38,871 nucleotides of DNA from Clostridia bacterium (GTDB lineage: Bacteria > Bacillota > Clostridia > UBA1381 > UBA9506). Position 1 is the first letter of the stretch; each line of letters begins with the position of its first letter. The stretch covers positions 1-38,871 of the forward strand of contig JAGBXV010000050.1 of the NCBI GenBank assembly GCA_017629115.1, in the 5' to 3' direction. Below, piece by piece: positions 18,601-28,000 of this stretch. A program made the position numbers and the translations under genes. The notes beneath the pieces are model-generated. The model was not told the origin of the DNA, did no database searches, and was given only the letters and a program-made list of their open reading frames with translations.

Positions 18601-19641
18601 TTATAACTTTTTGTAAGTTTTAGAAGCACAGCTTTCATAAGCTGCTTCAATTACCTTCTGTGATGCAATTGCATCTGCTGCTGTAATTGCAACAGGAGCT
18701 TCGCCTGCAACTGCGCGACCAAAGCTTTCAATTTCTTTGGTATACATGTTACCAAATTCTACATTTACTTCTAAAGGAGCAACTTCGCCTCTGTCCTGGT
18801 TAGCATCGTAACCCAATGCGTCGCCTGTGCAAAGAACTTCGATTTCGCCGCCTTCAACCTGTGAAATTGTGCCCTGAGCAAAGATACTACCCTTTGTGCC
18901 GTAGAACTCAATCTTACATTTAGCTGCAGCGTCAGGAATGTTGAAGTTAGCATCAACATAAGCAACTGCGCCGTTAGATAATCTCATAATAACGCCGCCT
19001 GCGTCCTCAACACTGTACTTGAATACCTGATTACCGCTCATACCTGCAGCCTCAACAACTTCAAGACCTGTGATGTAGCGGATAAGGTCAACACAGTGAA
19101 CGCCCATATCCATCATTGCGCCGCCACCGGATAATTTCATATCCTGTCTCCAGCAGTTTTCCATTTCAGGGTACCAGCATGTGAGCTGTGCGCGAGCTGA
19201 TACTACTTCACCGATTTTGCCGCTTGACACGATTTCTTTCATTGCCTGATGATAAGCGTGGAATCTCATCATAAAGCCAACGCCCATTTTAACACCTTTT
19301 GCTTCGCAGTAAGCTGCGATTTCTTCAGCTTCTTTAGCCGTTAAGCCAACGGGCTTTTCGATTAAGATGTCCTTGCCTGCGTCTGCAGCAGCCATAGCCT
19401 GCTCTTTGTGGCAGAATACGGGTGATGCAATGTAAACAGCCTGAATTTCATCAATAGCTAAAACATCTTCCATTTTGTCAAACGCATATTTTGCGTTGTA
19501 TTTTTCTTTGCAAGCATCTGCAGCAGCTTTGTTTGCATCCATAACAGCAATAAGTTCTGCATTGTCAGCTAACATCATACCGGGTAATGTTCTTCTGTCA
19601 GCGATACCGCCGCAGCCGATTACGCCCCATTTAATTTTCAT
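18601..19641 (-). CDS. Gfo/Idh/MocA family NAD(P)-dependent sugar oxidoreductase
   Basis: WGVIGCGGIA Rossmann motif, IEKP, GGGAMMDMGVH. Confidence 0.92.
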   Translation of the reverse strand: MKIKWGVIGCGGIADRRTLPGMMLADNAELIAVMDANKAAADACKEKYNAKYAFDKMEDVLAIDEIQAVYIASPVFCHKEQAMAAADAGKDILIEKPVGLTAKEAEEIAAYCEAKGVKMGVGFMMRFHAYHQAMKEIVSSGKIGEVVSARAQLTCWYPEMENCWRQDMKLSGGGAMMDMGVHCVDLIRYITGLEVVEAAGMSGNQVFKYSVEDAGGVIMRLSNGAVAYVDANFNIPDAAAKCKIEFYGTKGSIFAQGTISQVEGGEIEVLCTGDALGYDANQDRGEVAPLEVNVEFGNMYTKEIESFGRAVAGEAPVAITAADAIASQKVIEAAYESCASKTYKKL

Positions 19642-19723
19642 AGGATTTACCTCGCTTTTTTAGTTTAGTTGGGGCATAACGGAAACCGCTATGCCCCTTA
19701 ATATTACAAATATAAGCTTTAAA

Positions 19724-21034
19724 TTATCTGCCTTCCTGCATTTCCTTTACAGCTTCTAACACAGCGTCAGCCATGTATTCGATCTGTTCCTGTGAAAGAC
19801 CATATAAGGGAAGGTGTGTGTATCTCTTGTAGAAGATTTCTTCACAGTTAGGACATGTTTTAGCAATTTCGTCTGAATCGTAACCCATTTCCTGAACAAC
19901 CTTAAATCTGTAAAGAGGACCGAAGTGAGCAATCTGTGTAACGCCCTTTTCTGTCAACTTCTGCTTTAATAACTGAATGTCGCCACCAGCCTTAGCGGGG
20001 TCAATCTGTAACATATACATATGATATGTAGGTTTGATTTCGTCTGTATCGAGTAACTGAGGAACGATAGCGTCGTTTTCTTCAAATCTCTTTGTTAAGT
20101 ATTCAGCAGCTTCGCGACGAACACGGATGATTTCTTCGTTACGAGCAACCTGTAATGCTAAGCCTAAGCCCTGGATTTCTGTTGTTGATGAGTTACCAGC
20201 CATAAAGGGCTTTTCTTTACCCGGAATGGGAGTGATGTTGTAGAGCCACTTTTCGATGGGGCAAGAGAAGTCTAAGCCTAAGAAACGAGCTCTCTTCATG
20301 TCGGGACCAAAGCCGGGGATTGTTGTTGTTAAGATACCGCCTTCACCGAATGATGTGATGTTTTTAACTTCGTGCATAGAAAAGCCTGCAAAATCACCGA
20401 TTGTACCGATTTTCTTGCCTTTGTACATAGCACCGAAAGCGTGTGCTGCGTCTTCCAAAACGAGGATGTCGTGCTTACGAGCGAGTTCCATGATGGGATC
20501 CATGTCAACAGGGTAACCACCAAGGTGAACGGGAACAATCATCTTTGTTTTGTCTGTGATTTTTCTTGCAACGTCAGCAGGATCCATGTTAGCTGTTCTG
20601 GGATCAACGTCTGCAAATACTAACTTACAACCGATAGCTAAAGGATAAGCCATTGTTGCTACGAATGTGATAGCAGGAACGATAACTTCGTCGCCAGCCT
20701 TGAGGTTAGCGTATTTGTAAGCAATTTCAAAACCTGCTGTTGCGTTTGTTACGAATGTTGATGTATCTGTACCGAGGTATTCGTTACAAGCCTGTTCTGC
20801 TCTTTCTACCTGTGTACCGAGTGATAATTTGCCGGGAGGTGTAGCGAGCTCGTCGAGCTTCTTAACCTGTTCCCAAACAGCTTCTAAAGCTGCGTCGTAT
20901 TCTTTGCCTTCACCCTGCATCAAGAAGCGGATGATTTCCATTAAGTCATGAACGTTGTAGTTTTCACCTACTGCCGCCCACGGTACTCTTGTGGCACCTG
21001 TGTTGTACCTGAAGTCTGATGTCTGTTTTGCCAT
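19724..21034 (-). CDS. DegT/DnrJ/EryC1/StrS family PLP-dependent sugar aminotransferase
   Basis: GDEVIVPAITF, PVHLGG, EDAAHAFGA, FSMHEVKNITSFGEGG (catalytic Lys region). Confidence 0.92.
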   Translation of the reverse strand: MAKQTSDFRYNTGATRVPWAAVGENYNVHDLMEIIRFLMQGEGKEYDAALEAVWEQVKKLDELATPPGKLSLGTQVERAEQACNEYLGTDTSTFVTNATAGFEIAYKYANLKAGDEVIVPAITFVATMAYPLAIGCKLVFADVDPRTANMDPADVARKITDKTKMIVPVHLGGYPVDMDPIMELARKHDILVLEDAAHAFGAMYKGKKIGTIGDFAGFSMHEVKNITSFGEGGILTTTIPGFGPDMKRARFLGLDFSCPIEKWLYNITPIPGKEKPFMAGNSSTTEIQGLGLALQVARNEEIIRVRREAAEYLTKRFEENDAIVPQLLDTDEIKPTYHMYMLQIDPAKAGGDIQLLKQKLTEKGVTQIAHFGPLYRFKVVQEMGYDSDEIAKTCPNCEEIFYKRYTHLPLYGLSQEQIEYMADAVLEAVKEMQEGR

Positions 21035-21047
21035 TTTCTTTTCCTCC

Positions 21048-21692
21048 TTAAAATTCCGGTTTATATGTTTGTATAAACTCTTCCCAATATATTTTGCGTA
21101 CTTCGATATCCTTGATTTTCAGCTTTGTGCAATAAGCAGAAAATCCTACATGACCGCCTTTTATTGGTGCGGGGTCAATGAGTTCGGTTATGAGTACGTC
21201 ATCAACAACCATAAATGTATGACCGTTTATTGAACCTGCAGTCATACGAACCTCTGTTCCCGGCTGATAACGATACGCCGCCGTGGTGGAATACACACCT
21301 CTTTGATCGCCGCCGTCCTTACTGCTTTCCAAAATTTTTTCAATACCTGACTTGTCTTCGTACCAGCCGTTAAGACCGCAAACATAAGATTCGCCAATAT
21401 AATCTCGCTTTTCGTTCCAGTGAGCGCAAAAAACCGCATTAACATCACGGGTTGCGGGCAAGACTGTGCCTATTGTGAATGAGAACATCACATCCTGTGA
21501 GTAGCATTCCTTTGACATTAATATTCCGCCGAAGTTACCTGGCTCAGAACCGATTAAGTAACCATTTTCATGGTACCATTCGCCTGTCATTACATCCCAG
21601 TATTCTTGCCAGTCATCACGCGGATTGTATTTAAAAATAACAGGGGATTTATCCCATACTATTTTTTTGCCGAGTAATAAGATGTCTTTCAT
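21048..21692 (-). CDS. hypothetical beta-sandwich protein, possibly DUF1080/ConA-lectin-like
   Basis: AAGGAG RBS before MKDILL; W....GEW...NG.L start and GGHVGF.....KIKDIEV end resemble DUF1080-type folds (inferred). Confidence 0.55.
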   Translation of the reverse strand: MKDILLLGKKIVWDKSPVIFKYNPRDDWQEYWDVMTGEWYHENGYLIGSEPGNFGGILMSKECYSQDVMFSFTIGTVLPATRDVNAVFCAHWNEKRDYIGESYVCGLNGWYEDKSGIEKILESSKDGGDQRGVYSTTAAYRYQPGTEVRMTAGSINGHTFMVVDDVLITELIDPAPIKGGHVGFSAYCTKLKIKDIEVRKIYWEEFIQTYKPEF

Positions 21693-21925
21693 ATTTTCTC
21701 CTTTATGAAAAAGTGGCTTTTTTATCAATAAAACACGCCTTATCTTCACATATTTGCACACATAATTATTATAACATTTCACAAAATTAAAGTCAATAGA
21801 AAATGCTCTATTATTGACTTTTTTGGGCAATAATGGTATACTGATGTTGATAAAAATGTGTAGAAAAATTATTTTTGTCAAAATCAGTTTTTTAAAATAA
21901 ATTTTTTGCCAAAAGGTGATTTATT

Positions 21926-22681
21926 ATGCAATCTTCACTTTCGCAGCGACAAGTTCTTGATATTGTTTCGGCAATCGGTTACAGAATTTTGCGTTTTGGC
22001 GGCGAAGCAAACCGCGCCGAGGATACCGTAACAAGAATAGGTCGCGCTTACGGAATGAACGAGGTTCATGTTTTTGCCATTGCAACCTCAATTCTCATTA
22101 CTGTGGAAAAGGACGGCGAGTCCATGACACAGACACGAAGAATTTCAAAGGTCTCCACCGACCTTGATAAACTTGATAAAATAAACAGTCTTTCACGAAA
22201 GATATGCTCCACCGAAACGGATTTCGATACTATAATGAACCACATCCGTGAAATTGACCAAAGCCCCAAATATCCCTCTTCGTTAGGTATATGGGCTTAT
22301 GCTTTGATTGGCGGCTCATTTTCTGTATTTTTTGGCGGTGGTGTGTGCGAATTTATGGTGGGATTTATTGTTGGCGCTCTTATAAGATTTGTGAAAAAAG
22401 GCGCAGAGTTTTTGCAATCACCGCCCTTTGTTACAAACGCCGCAGGCGCTGCTGCAACCGTGTCCCTTATTAAGATTTGTACATTTTTCTTTCCCTCATT
22501 GAACATTTCAGCCACCACAATCGGCGTGCTTATGATTTTGGTGCCGGGAGTTTTGCTTACAAACTGTATCAGAGATTTTGTTGCCACAGATTACACAGCT
22601 GGTACAGCAAAAATTATGGAAACATTCCTCGTTGCCGCAGCAATTGCATTGGGCGTGGGCGTTTCCGTATTCTGGAGGTAA
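21926..22681 (+). CDS. threonine/serine exporter ThrE family protein
   Basis: GGEANRAEDT..RI, LVPG..LTN.IRD, multiple TM helices. Confidence 0.88.
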   Translation: MQSSLSQRQVLDIVSAIGYRILRFGGEANRAEDTVTRIGRAYGMNEVHVFAIATSILITVEKDGESMTQTRRISKVSTDLDKLDKINSLSRKICSTETDFDTIMNHIREIDQSPKYPSSLGIWAYALIGGSFSVFFGGGVCEFMVGFIVGALIRFVKKGAEFLQSPPFVTNAAGAAATVSLIKICTFFFPSLNISATTIGVLMILVPGVLLTNCIRDFVATDYTAGTAKIMETFLVAAAIALGVGVSVFWR

Positions 22682-22684
22682 GCT

Positions 22685-23137
22685 ATGGCAAGTATGATTA
22701 TAGCTGTTTTATCAGCGTTTTTTGCAACTTTTGGTTTTGCAATCCTTTATAATGTGCGCGGCAAAAATCTGTTTATCGCTTCCCTTTGCGGAGCCTTTGG
22801 CTGGATTTGCTACCTTGTGTGTGATGCATTTGCTGATTCAACTATGCTTCCGTATTTTGTAGCAGGGGCATCAATCGCCCTTTATTCAGAAATTGCAGCA
22901 TACGCTTTTCACTCGCCCGCAACGCTTTTTCTTACTCCGGGATTTATTCCGTTGGTACCGGGTGGTGCGGTGTACCGCGCTATGGAGGCTTGCCTGCAGG
23001 GTGATATTTCAGGATTTGCTGAAGGTATGGTAAACACCTTAAAAATCGGTGGTTCGATTGTTTTAGGCATTATCCTTATGTCGTCTTTCTTCCGCCTGAT
23101 AAGGTCGGGAATAAAAACAATAAAAACAAGAAAATAA
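22685..23137 (+). CDS. ThrE_2 family small subunit
   Basis: GFAILYNV, PGFIPLVPGG..Y; paired with the upstream ThrE gene. Confidence 0.85.
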   Translation: MASMIIAVLSAFFATFGFAILYNVRGKNLFIASLCGAFGWICYLVCDAFADSTMLPYFVAGASIALYSEIAAYAFHSPATLFLTPGFIPLVPGGAVYRAMEACLQGDISGFAEGMVNTLKIGGSIVLGIILMSSFFRLIRSGIKTIKTRK

Positions 23138-23143
23138 AAAATT

Positions 23144-23172
23144 AAGAGGCACTCATAATGAGTGCCTCTTTT
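23144..23172. terminator. intrinsic terminator
   Basis: aagaggcactcat-a-atgagtgcctctt palindrome between convergent genes. Confidence 0.8.
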
Positions 23173-23234
23173 AATATATATTAAGTTAATTACATCTCTT
23201 AAAAACTCTATATATATTTTAATTTTTTTACGCT

Positions 23235-24788
23235 TTATTTTGCGTACTCAACTGTTCGTGTTTCGCGGATTACATTAACCTTAATCTGACCGGGATATTC
23301 CATTTCTTCCTCAATCTTTTTCACGATGTCACGAGCAATGAGTGTCATACTTTCGTCCTTAACATCGTCAGGACAAACCATAATTCTTACTTCTCTACCT
23401 GCCTGGATAGCGAAGGATTTTTCTACTCCGTCAAAGGAGTTTGCAATTTCTTCTAATTTTTCCAAACGCTTGATGTATGACTCAATGTTTTCGCGTCTTG
23501 CGCCGGGACGGGCTGCTGAGATTGCGTCTGCTGCCTGTACGATAGAAGCTACGATTGTTGTTGCTTCAACATCACCGTGGTGAGCCATAATTGCGTGGAT
23601 AATATCTTTGCTTTCCTTGTACTTTTTAGCAAGGTCAGCGCCAATTGTTACATGAGAGCCTTCGATTTCGTGGTCGGCTGCTTTACCTAAGTCGTGGAGT
23701 AAACCCGCACGCTTTGCCATGTTTACATCAGCACCAAGCTCGCCTGCGATAATACCCGAAATGTAGGATACCTCCATAGAATGCTTTAAAACATTCTGAC
23801 CGTAACTTGTTCTGTACTTTAGCTTACCTATAAGCTTGATAATTTCGGGATGTAAACCGTGTACGCCTGTTTCAAAGGCTGCGTTTTCACCCTCCTGCTT
23901 AATGGTGGCTTCAACTTCTTTTTTACTCTTTTCGTAGAGTTCTTCAATTCTTGCGGGGTGTATACGACCGTCAACGATAAGTTTTTCCAATGTCTGACGG
24001 GCAATTTCACGCCTTACGGGGTCAAAACCTGATAAAATTACTGCTTCAGGTGTGTCATCAATAATTAAATCGATACCTGTTAAGTTTTCCAAGGTTCTGA
24101 TATTTCGACCTTCACGGCCGATGATTCTTCCCTTCATTTCTTCGTTGGGAAGGTTAACTACTGTAACAACCACTTCTGCAACATGGTCGGCAGCACACCT
24201 TTGAATTGCGCCTGCGATGATGTTTTTAGCGTTTTTTTCTGCGTTTTCTTTAGCCTGTGTTTCTATTTCTTTTGCCATGATTGCAGCGTCTGCTCGTACT
24301 TCTGATTCTAACTTTTCAAGCAAGTACTGCTTTGCTTCTTCCTTTGACAAGCCTGATAAATTCTGGAGCATTTCTAATTCTTTTTCTTTTATCTTTGAAA
24401 GTTCTTCGCGGATAACATCCAGCTCTTTATCCTTTTTAGCAATAGCTTCTTCACGCTTTTCTAACGCTTCGTTCTTTTTGTCGAGATTTTCTTCCTTCTG
24501 CTGAATGCGGTGTTCCTGTCTTGAAATCTCGCTGCGTCTGTCTTTTATTTCTTTTTCAAGTTCTTGGCGTTCTTTGTGGTTTTCTTCTTTTGCGGCGAGT
24601 ATTGCTTCACGCTTTTTGCTTTCGCCTTCTTTTTTTGCTGCTTCCACAATTCTTGCGGCTTCAGATTTTGCTGAGCCTATTTCTGCTTCTTCTTTTTTCT
24701 TTCTTGCAGAATAACCTATTTTGTAAGAAATCAAAGCTGCAACCAGAATCAAAACAAGCGCAACAGCACCTATTATGATTTCAGTCAT
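23235..24788 (-). CDS. rny: ribonuclease Y
   Basis: N-terminal TM, coiled coil, KH domain ([13 protein letters not shown]), HD domain (LLHDLGK). Confidence 0.97.
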   Translation of the reverse strand: MTEIIIGAVALVLILVAALISYKIGYSARKKKEEAEIGSAKSEAARIVEAAKKEGESKKREAILAAKEENHKERQELEKEIKDRRSEISRQEHRIQQKEENLDKKNEALEKREEAIAKKDKELDVIREELSKIKEKELEMLQNLSGLSKEEAKQYLLEKLESEVRADAAIMAKEIETQAKENAEKNAKNIIAGAIQRCAADHVAEVVVTVVNLPNEEMKGRIIGREGRNIRTLENLTGIDLIIDDTPEAVILSGFDPVRREIARQTLEKLIVDGRIHPARIEELYEKSKKEVEATIKQEGENAAFETGVHGLHPEIIKLIGKLKYRTSYGQNVLKHSMEVSYISGIIAGELGADVNMAKRAGLLHDLGKAADHEIEGSHVTIGADLAKKYKESKDIIHAIMAHHGDVEATTIVASIVQAADAISAARPGARRENIESYIKRLEKLEEIANSFDGVEKSFAIQAGREVRIMVCPDDVKDESMTLIARDIVKKIEEEMEYPGQIKVNVIRETRTVEYAK

Positions 24789-24887
24789 CTCTTTTTGTTA
24801 CCTCCTTTTTCTGAATTTTTATTGAAATATGTATTATCTTAATACAAGTATACAATCCTATCTACTTTAATATAATAATACTCTTTT

Positions 24888-24984
24888 ATTATAAACCAAT
24901 TTTGTAGCTTTGTCAAATTTTTTTAGCGGTCTGTAATGCCCCAAAAACCGCACGGTTGACACTTTTTGAAAAATGTTATATAAT
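24888..24984. promoter_or_regulatory. divergent consensus sigma-A promoters for rny and cca
   Basis: Minus strand TTGACA(24911-24916)-17-TATAAT(24888-24893); plus strand TTGACA(24956-24961)-17-TATAAT(24979-24984). Confidence 0.8.
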
Positions 24985-25008
24985 TGTAACAAACGGGAGG
25001 TGGAAAAT

Positions 25009-26334
25009 TTGTTGGTGAAATTGTCCAAAGAGTCGCGTGAAGTTATCGAAAAACTCCATAACAAAGGCTTCCTTGCCTATGCCGTAGGCGGATGTGTAAG
25101 GGATTCTTTATTGGGAAAAGTTCCCTATGATTTCGATGTGACAACCGACGCCACTCCTCAGGAAGTGAAACAATTGTTTCATAAAACAATCGACACGGGA
25201 ATTGCCCACGGAACAGTAACGGTTATGATAAATTCCATACCGATTGAGGTCACAACCTTCCGCACCGACGGTGAGTATATCCACAACAGAAAACCACAAA
25301 CTGTGACATTGGTTAAAGATGTGCGCGAGGATTTGTCACGCAGGGATTTTACAATAAATGCACTTTGCTACAATGATAAAGAGGGGATTTTGGACCTTTT
25401 TGGCGGAATTGAGGATTTAAAAAACAAAACTATCCGCGCCGTTGGCGAGCCGAAAAAAAGATTTACAGAAGATGCCTTAAGAATACTTCGTGCTGTGAGA
25501 TTTTCGGCTCAACTTGGCTTTACCATTGAAGAAAATACAAAAAAAGCAATAATGACCTGCGCTCATTTGGTGAAAAATTTGAGCGTTGAACGAATTGCCG
25601 CCGAGTTTGAAAAAATACTGATGTCAGATTCCCCCGAGCATATAAAAATGCTTTATGACTTGGGAGTTTTAGAAGAAATTTGCCCCGAAATGTGCGATTG
25701 CTTCAGGCAAAATCAAAACACTCGCTGGCATCTTTACGATGTGGGAACACACTCATTAAAGGTAATAAAAAATTGCCCCAAGCTAGCACATCTGCGCTAT
25801 GCAGCCCTGATGCACGACTGGGGAAAACCCCACACCCACGGAATTAACGACCTTGGCGAGGATATGTTCCGCAATCACGCAAAAAAATCAGAAGAGCTTT
25901 CAGAGAATTTTTGCAGAAAGTATAAATTTTCAAACCAGTTGAGGGATAAGGCAGTGCGCCTTGTCAAGTATCACGACATTGAAATTTTGCCCGAAAAAAA
26001 ATATGTAAAAAGAGCCGTAAACAAGGTTGGCGACGATATTTTTGTAGATTTAATAGCTCTAAAGCGCGCCGATTGTCTGAGCCAGAATTTAGAGCTTACA
26101 GCGGAACGACTTCCCTATATTGACAGGCTTTTGGAGCTATATACCGAAATAAAAGAAAACAAAGAACCCTTTGGGGTAAAGAATTTAGCAATAAACGGCA
26201 ACGATTTGAAAGAATTGGGATTTTACGGCAAGGAAATCGGCAGGGTGCTTGATTTACTTTTGGAAAAAGTAATAGAAAATCCCAAACTTAACGAAAAAGA
26301 TAAACTGATAGAAATGATAAAAGACGGACTTTAA
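25009..26334 (+). CDS. cca: CCA tRNA nucleotidyltransferase with HD domain
   Basis: VGGCVRD, DFD, EVTTFR, RRDFTINA, EDALRILRA.RF, LMHDWGK; TTG start after GGAGG (exact start uncertain). Confidence 0.92.
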   Translation: MLVKLSKESREVIEKLHNKGFLAYAVGGCVRDSLLGKVPYDFDVTTDATPQEVKQLFHKTIDTGIAHGTVTVMINSIPIEVTTFRTDGEYIHNRKPQTVTLVKDVREDLSRRDFTINALCYNDKEGILDLFGGIEDLKNKTIRAVGEPKKRFTEDALRILRAVRFSAQLGFTIEENTKKAIMTCAHLVKNLSVERIAAEFEKILMSDSPEHIKMLYDLGVLEEICPEMCDCFRQNQNTRWHLYDVGTHSLKVIKNCPKLAHLRYAALMHDWGKPHTHGINDLGEDMFRNHAKKSEELSENFCRKYKFSNQLRDKAVRLVKYHDIEILPEKKYVKRAVNKVGDDIFVDLIALKRADCLSQNLELTAERLPYIDRLLELYTEIKENKEPFGVKNLAINGNDLKELGFYGKEIGRVLDLLLEKVIENPKLNEKDKLIEMIKDGL

Positions 26335-26642
26335 AGAAAAAGTCCGTCTTTTGCATATCCCGTAAAAGTAAGTATGTAGTATTTTTCCTCATCACCGTCA
26401 AATGCCAGTATATCCTGAGGACAAAAGTGTAACCATAAAAAATTCTTGGTTAGTTTTTGTGCGGTAAATGCGTCAAAAAAGCTGATGTTTCCATGACCTT
26501 TCCCTGTAAGGATAAGGTTGTAGTTATTAATGTTGGCGTTTTCTATTTCCTGCAATAAGCAGACTTTAAGCTCATCGGCGGTTAAATCCCAGCGTTCGCA
26601 GACCTTGGTGGTGTATGTATAGAGCAGGGTGTTTTCGGTCAT
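26331..26642 (-). CDS. hypothetical protein, 103 aa (cassette copy 2)
   Basis: Same AAGGAGA RBS and MTENTLLYTY start as copy 1; shared FFDAFTA, CPQ, KYY.LTFT..AKDGL. Confidence 0.85.
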   Translation of the reverse strand: MTENTLLYTYTTKVCERWDLTADELKVCLLQEIENANINNYNLILTGKGHGNISFFDAFTAQKLTKNFLWLHFCPQDILAFDGDEEKYYILTFTGYAKDGLFL

Positions 26643-26666
26643 AGCAAATCTCCTTTTGTTAAAATT

Positions 26667-26822
26667 AAAAAAGGTGCGCAGCCGAAGCCACGCACCATAA
26701 AAGCGTAGCCTCGAGGTTCACATGTTGCAACACATCCCTTATACTCGTATAGGTAAAGCGAACCAGAGGTACGCTTTTTACCGAAGCGTACCTATCGAGT
26801 ATAAATATACTGATGCGTTGCA
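26667..26822 (-). ncRNA. putative structured leader/small RNA ending in an intrinsic terminator (cassette copy 2)
   Basis: TTGAAA-17-TGnTATATT promoter at 26828-26856; stems tgcaacgcatc/gatgtgttgca, ttatactcg/cgagtataa, aggtacgctt/aagcgtacct; terminator ggtgcgtggc-ttcg-gctgcgcacc followed by a U-run. Confidence 0.6.
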
Positions 26823-26902
26823 CAATTAATATACCATAGTTGTCAATAAATTTCAAGTCTTTTAATGTTTCAAAATGCGTCACATTTATAAAAAAGTTGG
26901 TA

Positions 26903-27274
26903 TTTTCAGTTGGAGCTTCATTTTTAGCCATACATTAATACTTCTAATGATTTACTTTTTGAAAAAAGTAACAAAAACACAGGGGGCGGTCGAGGCCCCC
27001 TTTACCCCCCGACCGGGGATACCCCGGACCCCGCGCGTGCCTGCGCTACACTCCCTCCTATCTTAACATTAGGGAGTGTACTGATATAGTGGCAATATGT
27101 TCGCACTTACTTAATTATGTGCGTGGGGTTTTTAGGGGCGAAGCCCCTGAATCGTTGTTTAGGGGGGTACGGGGGGAGTTTCGAAACCCCCCGCCGCGGT
27201 TTTGGGTACTTTTGCCGCGACAAAAGTACCCCTCACGGAGTGACCAAACAAAATGTATGGCACTCAAAGTATAG
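26903..27274. repeat. 372-bp GC-rich fold-back element (cassette copy 2)
   Basis: About 93% identical to 18126-18497, same orientation. Confidence 0.9.
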
Positions 27275-27310
27275 TATTAAATCACTAATATCAAATATAC
27301 AAAAACAAAA

Positions 27311-27334
27311 AGAACCCAAGCTTGCTTGGGTTCT
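27311..27334 (-). terminator. terminator of the HAD operon
   Basis: agaacccaagc-tt-gcttgggttct with an A-tract on its left (U-tract on the minus strand). Confidence 0.75.
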
Positions 27335-27340
27335 GTCAAC

Positions 27341-27997
27341 TTATTGATTCATTATAATTTTTACAACCTCTTGCGGCGATGCCGCAACCTGTTTGCACCC
27401 TGATGTGCGCAGTTCTTCCTCGTCACCGTAGCCATACAGCACGCCCAAAACATCAATTCCGTTATTACGCGCTCCCGTTACATCGTTTTCACGGTCGCCA
27501 ACCATAAGGATTTTTTCCTGTAAAAATCCGTTTACCTCTATGGTTTCGGCAATTACTGCGGATTTTGTGCGCTTTGATTCGTCAAATGACGCTCCGTTTA
27601 TAAAGTAAAAGTATTTGGACAAATCTGCCTTATCAAGCATTTTTTTTATAAAAGGTGTAGGCTTTGCCGAGGCAATGCAAAGGGTAAAACCTGCATCATT
27701 AAGAGTTTTGAGCATTTCCTCAACACCCTCGTAAACAATGAACTTTTCCATGGCTTTGTTGCCTTTGTAGTTTTCGCGGTATTTAAAAACGGCTGTGTCG
27801 GCATCCTCTTTGCTCATATTGTAATTATCACGAAAAGCATCAAAAAGGGGCGGTCCGATAAATAGATTTAGTATTTCTTCCCTTGTTTCTTCTATGCCAA
27901 AGTGTCGGAGCGCATACTGAACAGACTCCTTTATTCCAGGAGCAGAATCAACAATTGTTCCGTCAAAGTCAAAAAATATTATATTTTTTTTCATCAT
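27341..27997 (-). CDS. HAD-IA family hydrolase (phosphoglycolate phosphatase / 5'-nucleotidase-like)
   Basis: FDFDGTIVDS, FIGPPL, MVGDRENDV.GA, GVLYGYG. Confidence 0.9.
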   Translation of the reverse strand: MMKKNIIFFDFDGTIVDSAPGIKESVQYALRHFGIEETREEILNLFIGPPLFDAFRDNYNMSKEDADTAVFKYRENYKGNKAMEKFIVYEGVEEMLKTLNDAGFTLCIASAKPTPFIKKMLDKADLSKYFYFINGASFDESKRTKSAVIAETIEVNGFLQEKILMVGDRENDVTGARNNGIDVLGVLYGYGDEEELRTSGCKQVAASPQEVVKIIMNQ

Positions 27998-28000
27998 TTT

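Noticed and set aside
21693-21881. 63-aa N-terminal extension of the DUF1080-like ORF
   Set aside because: It covers the AT-rich divergent promoter region; the RBS supports the ATG at 21692.
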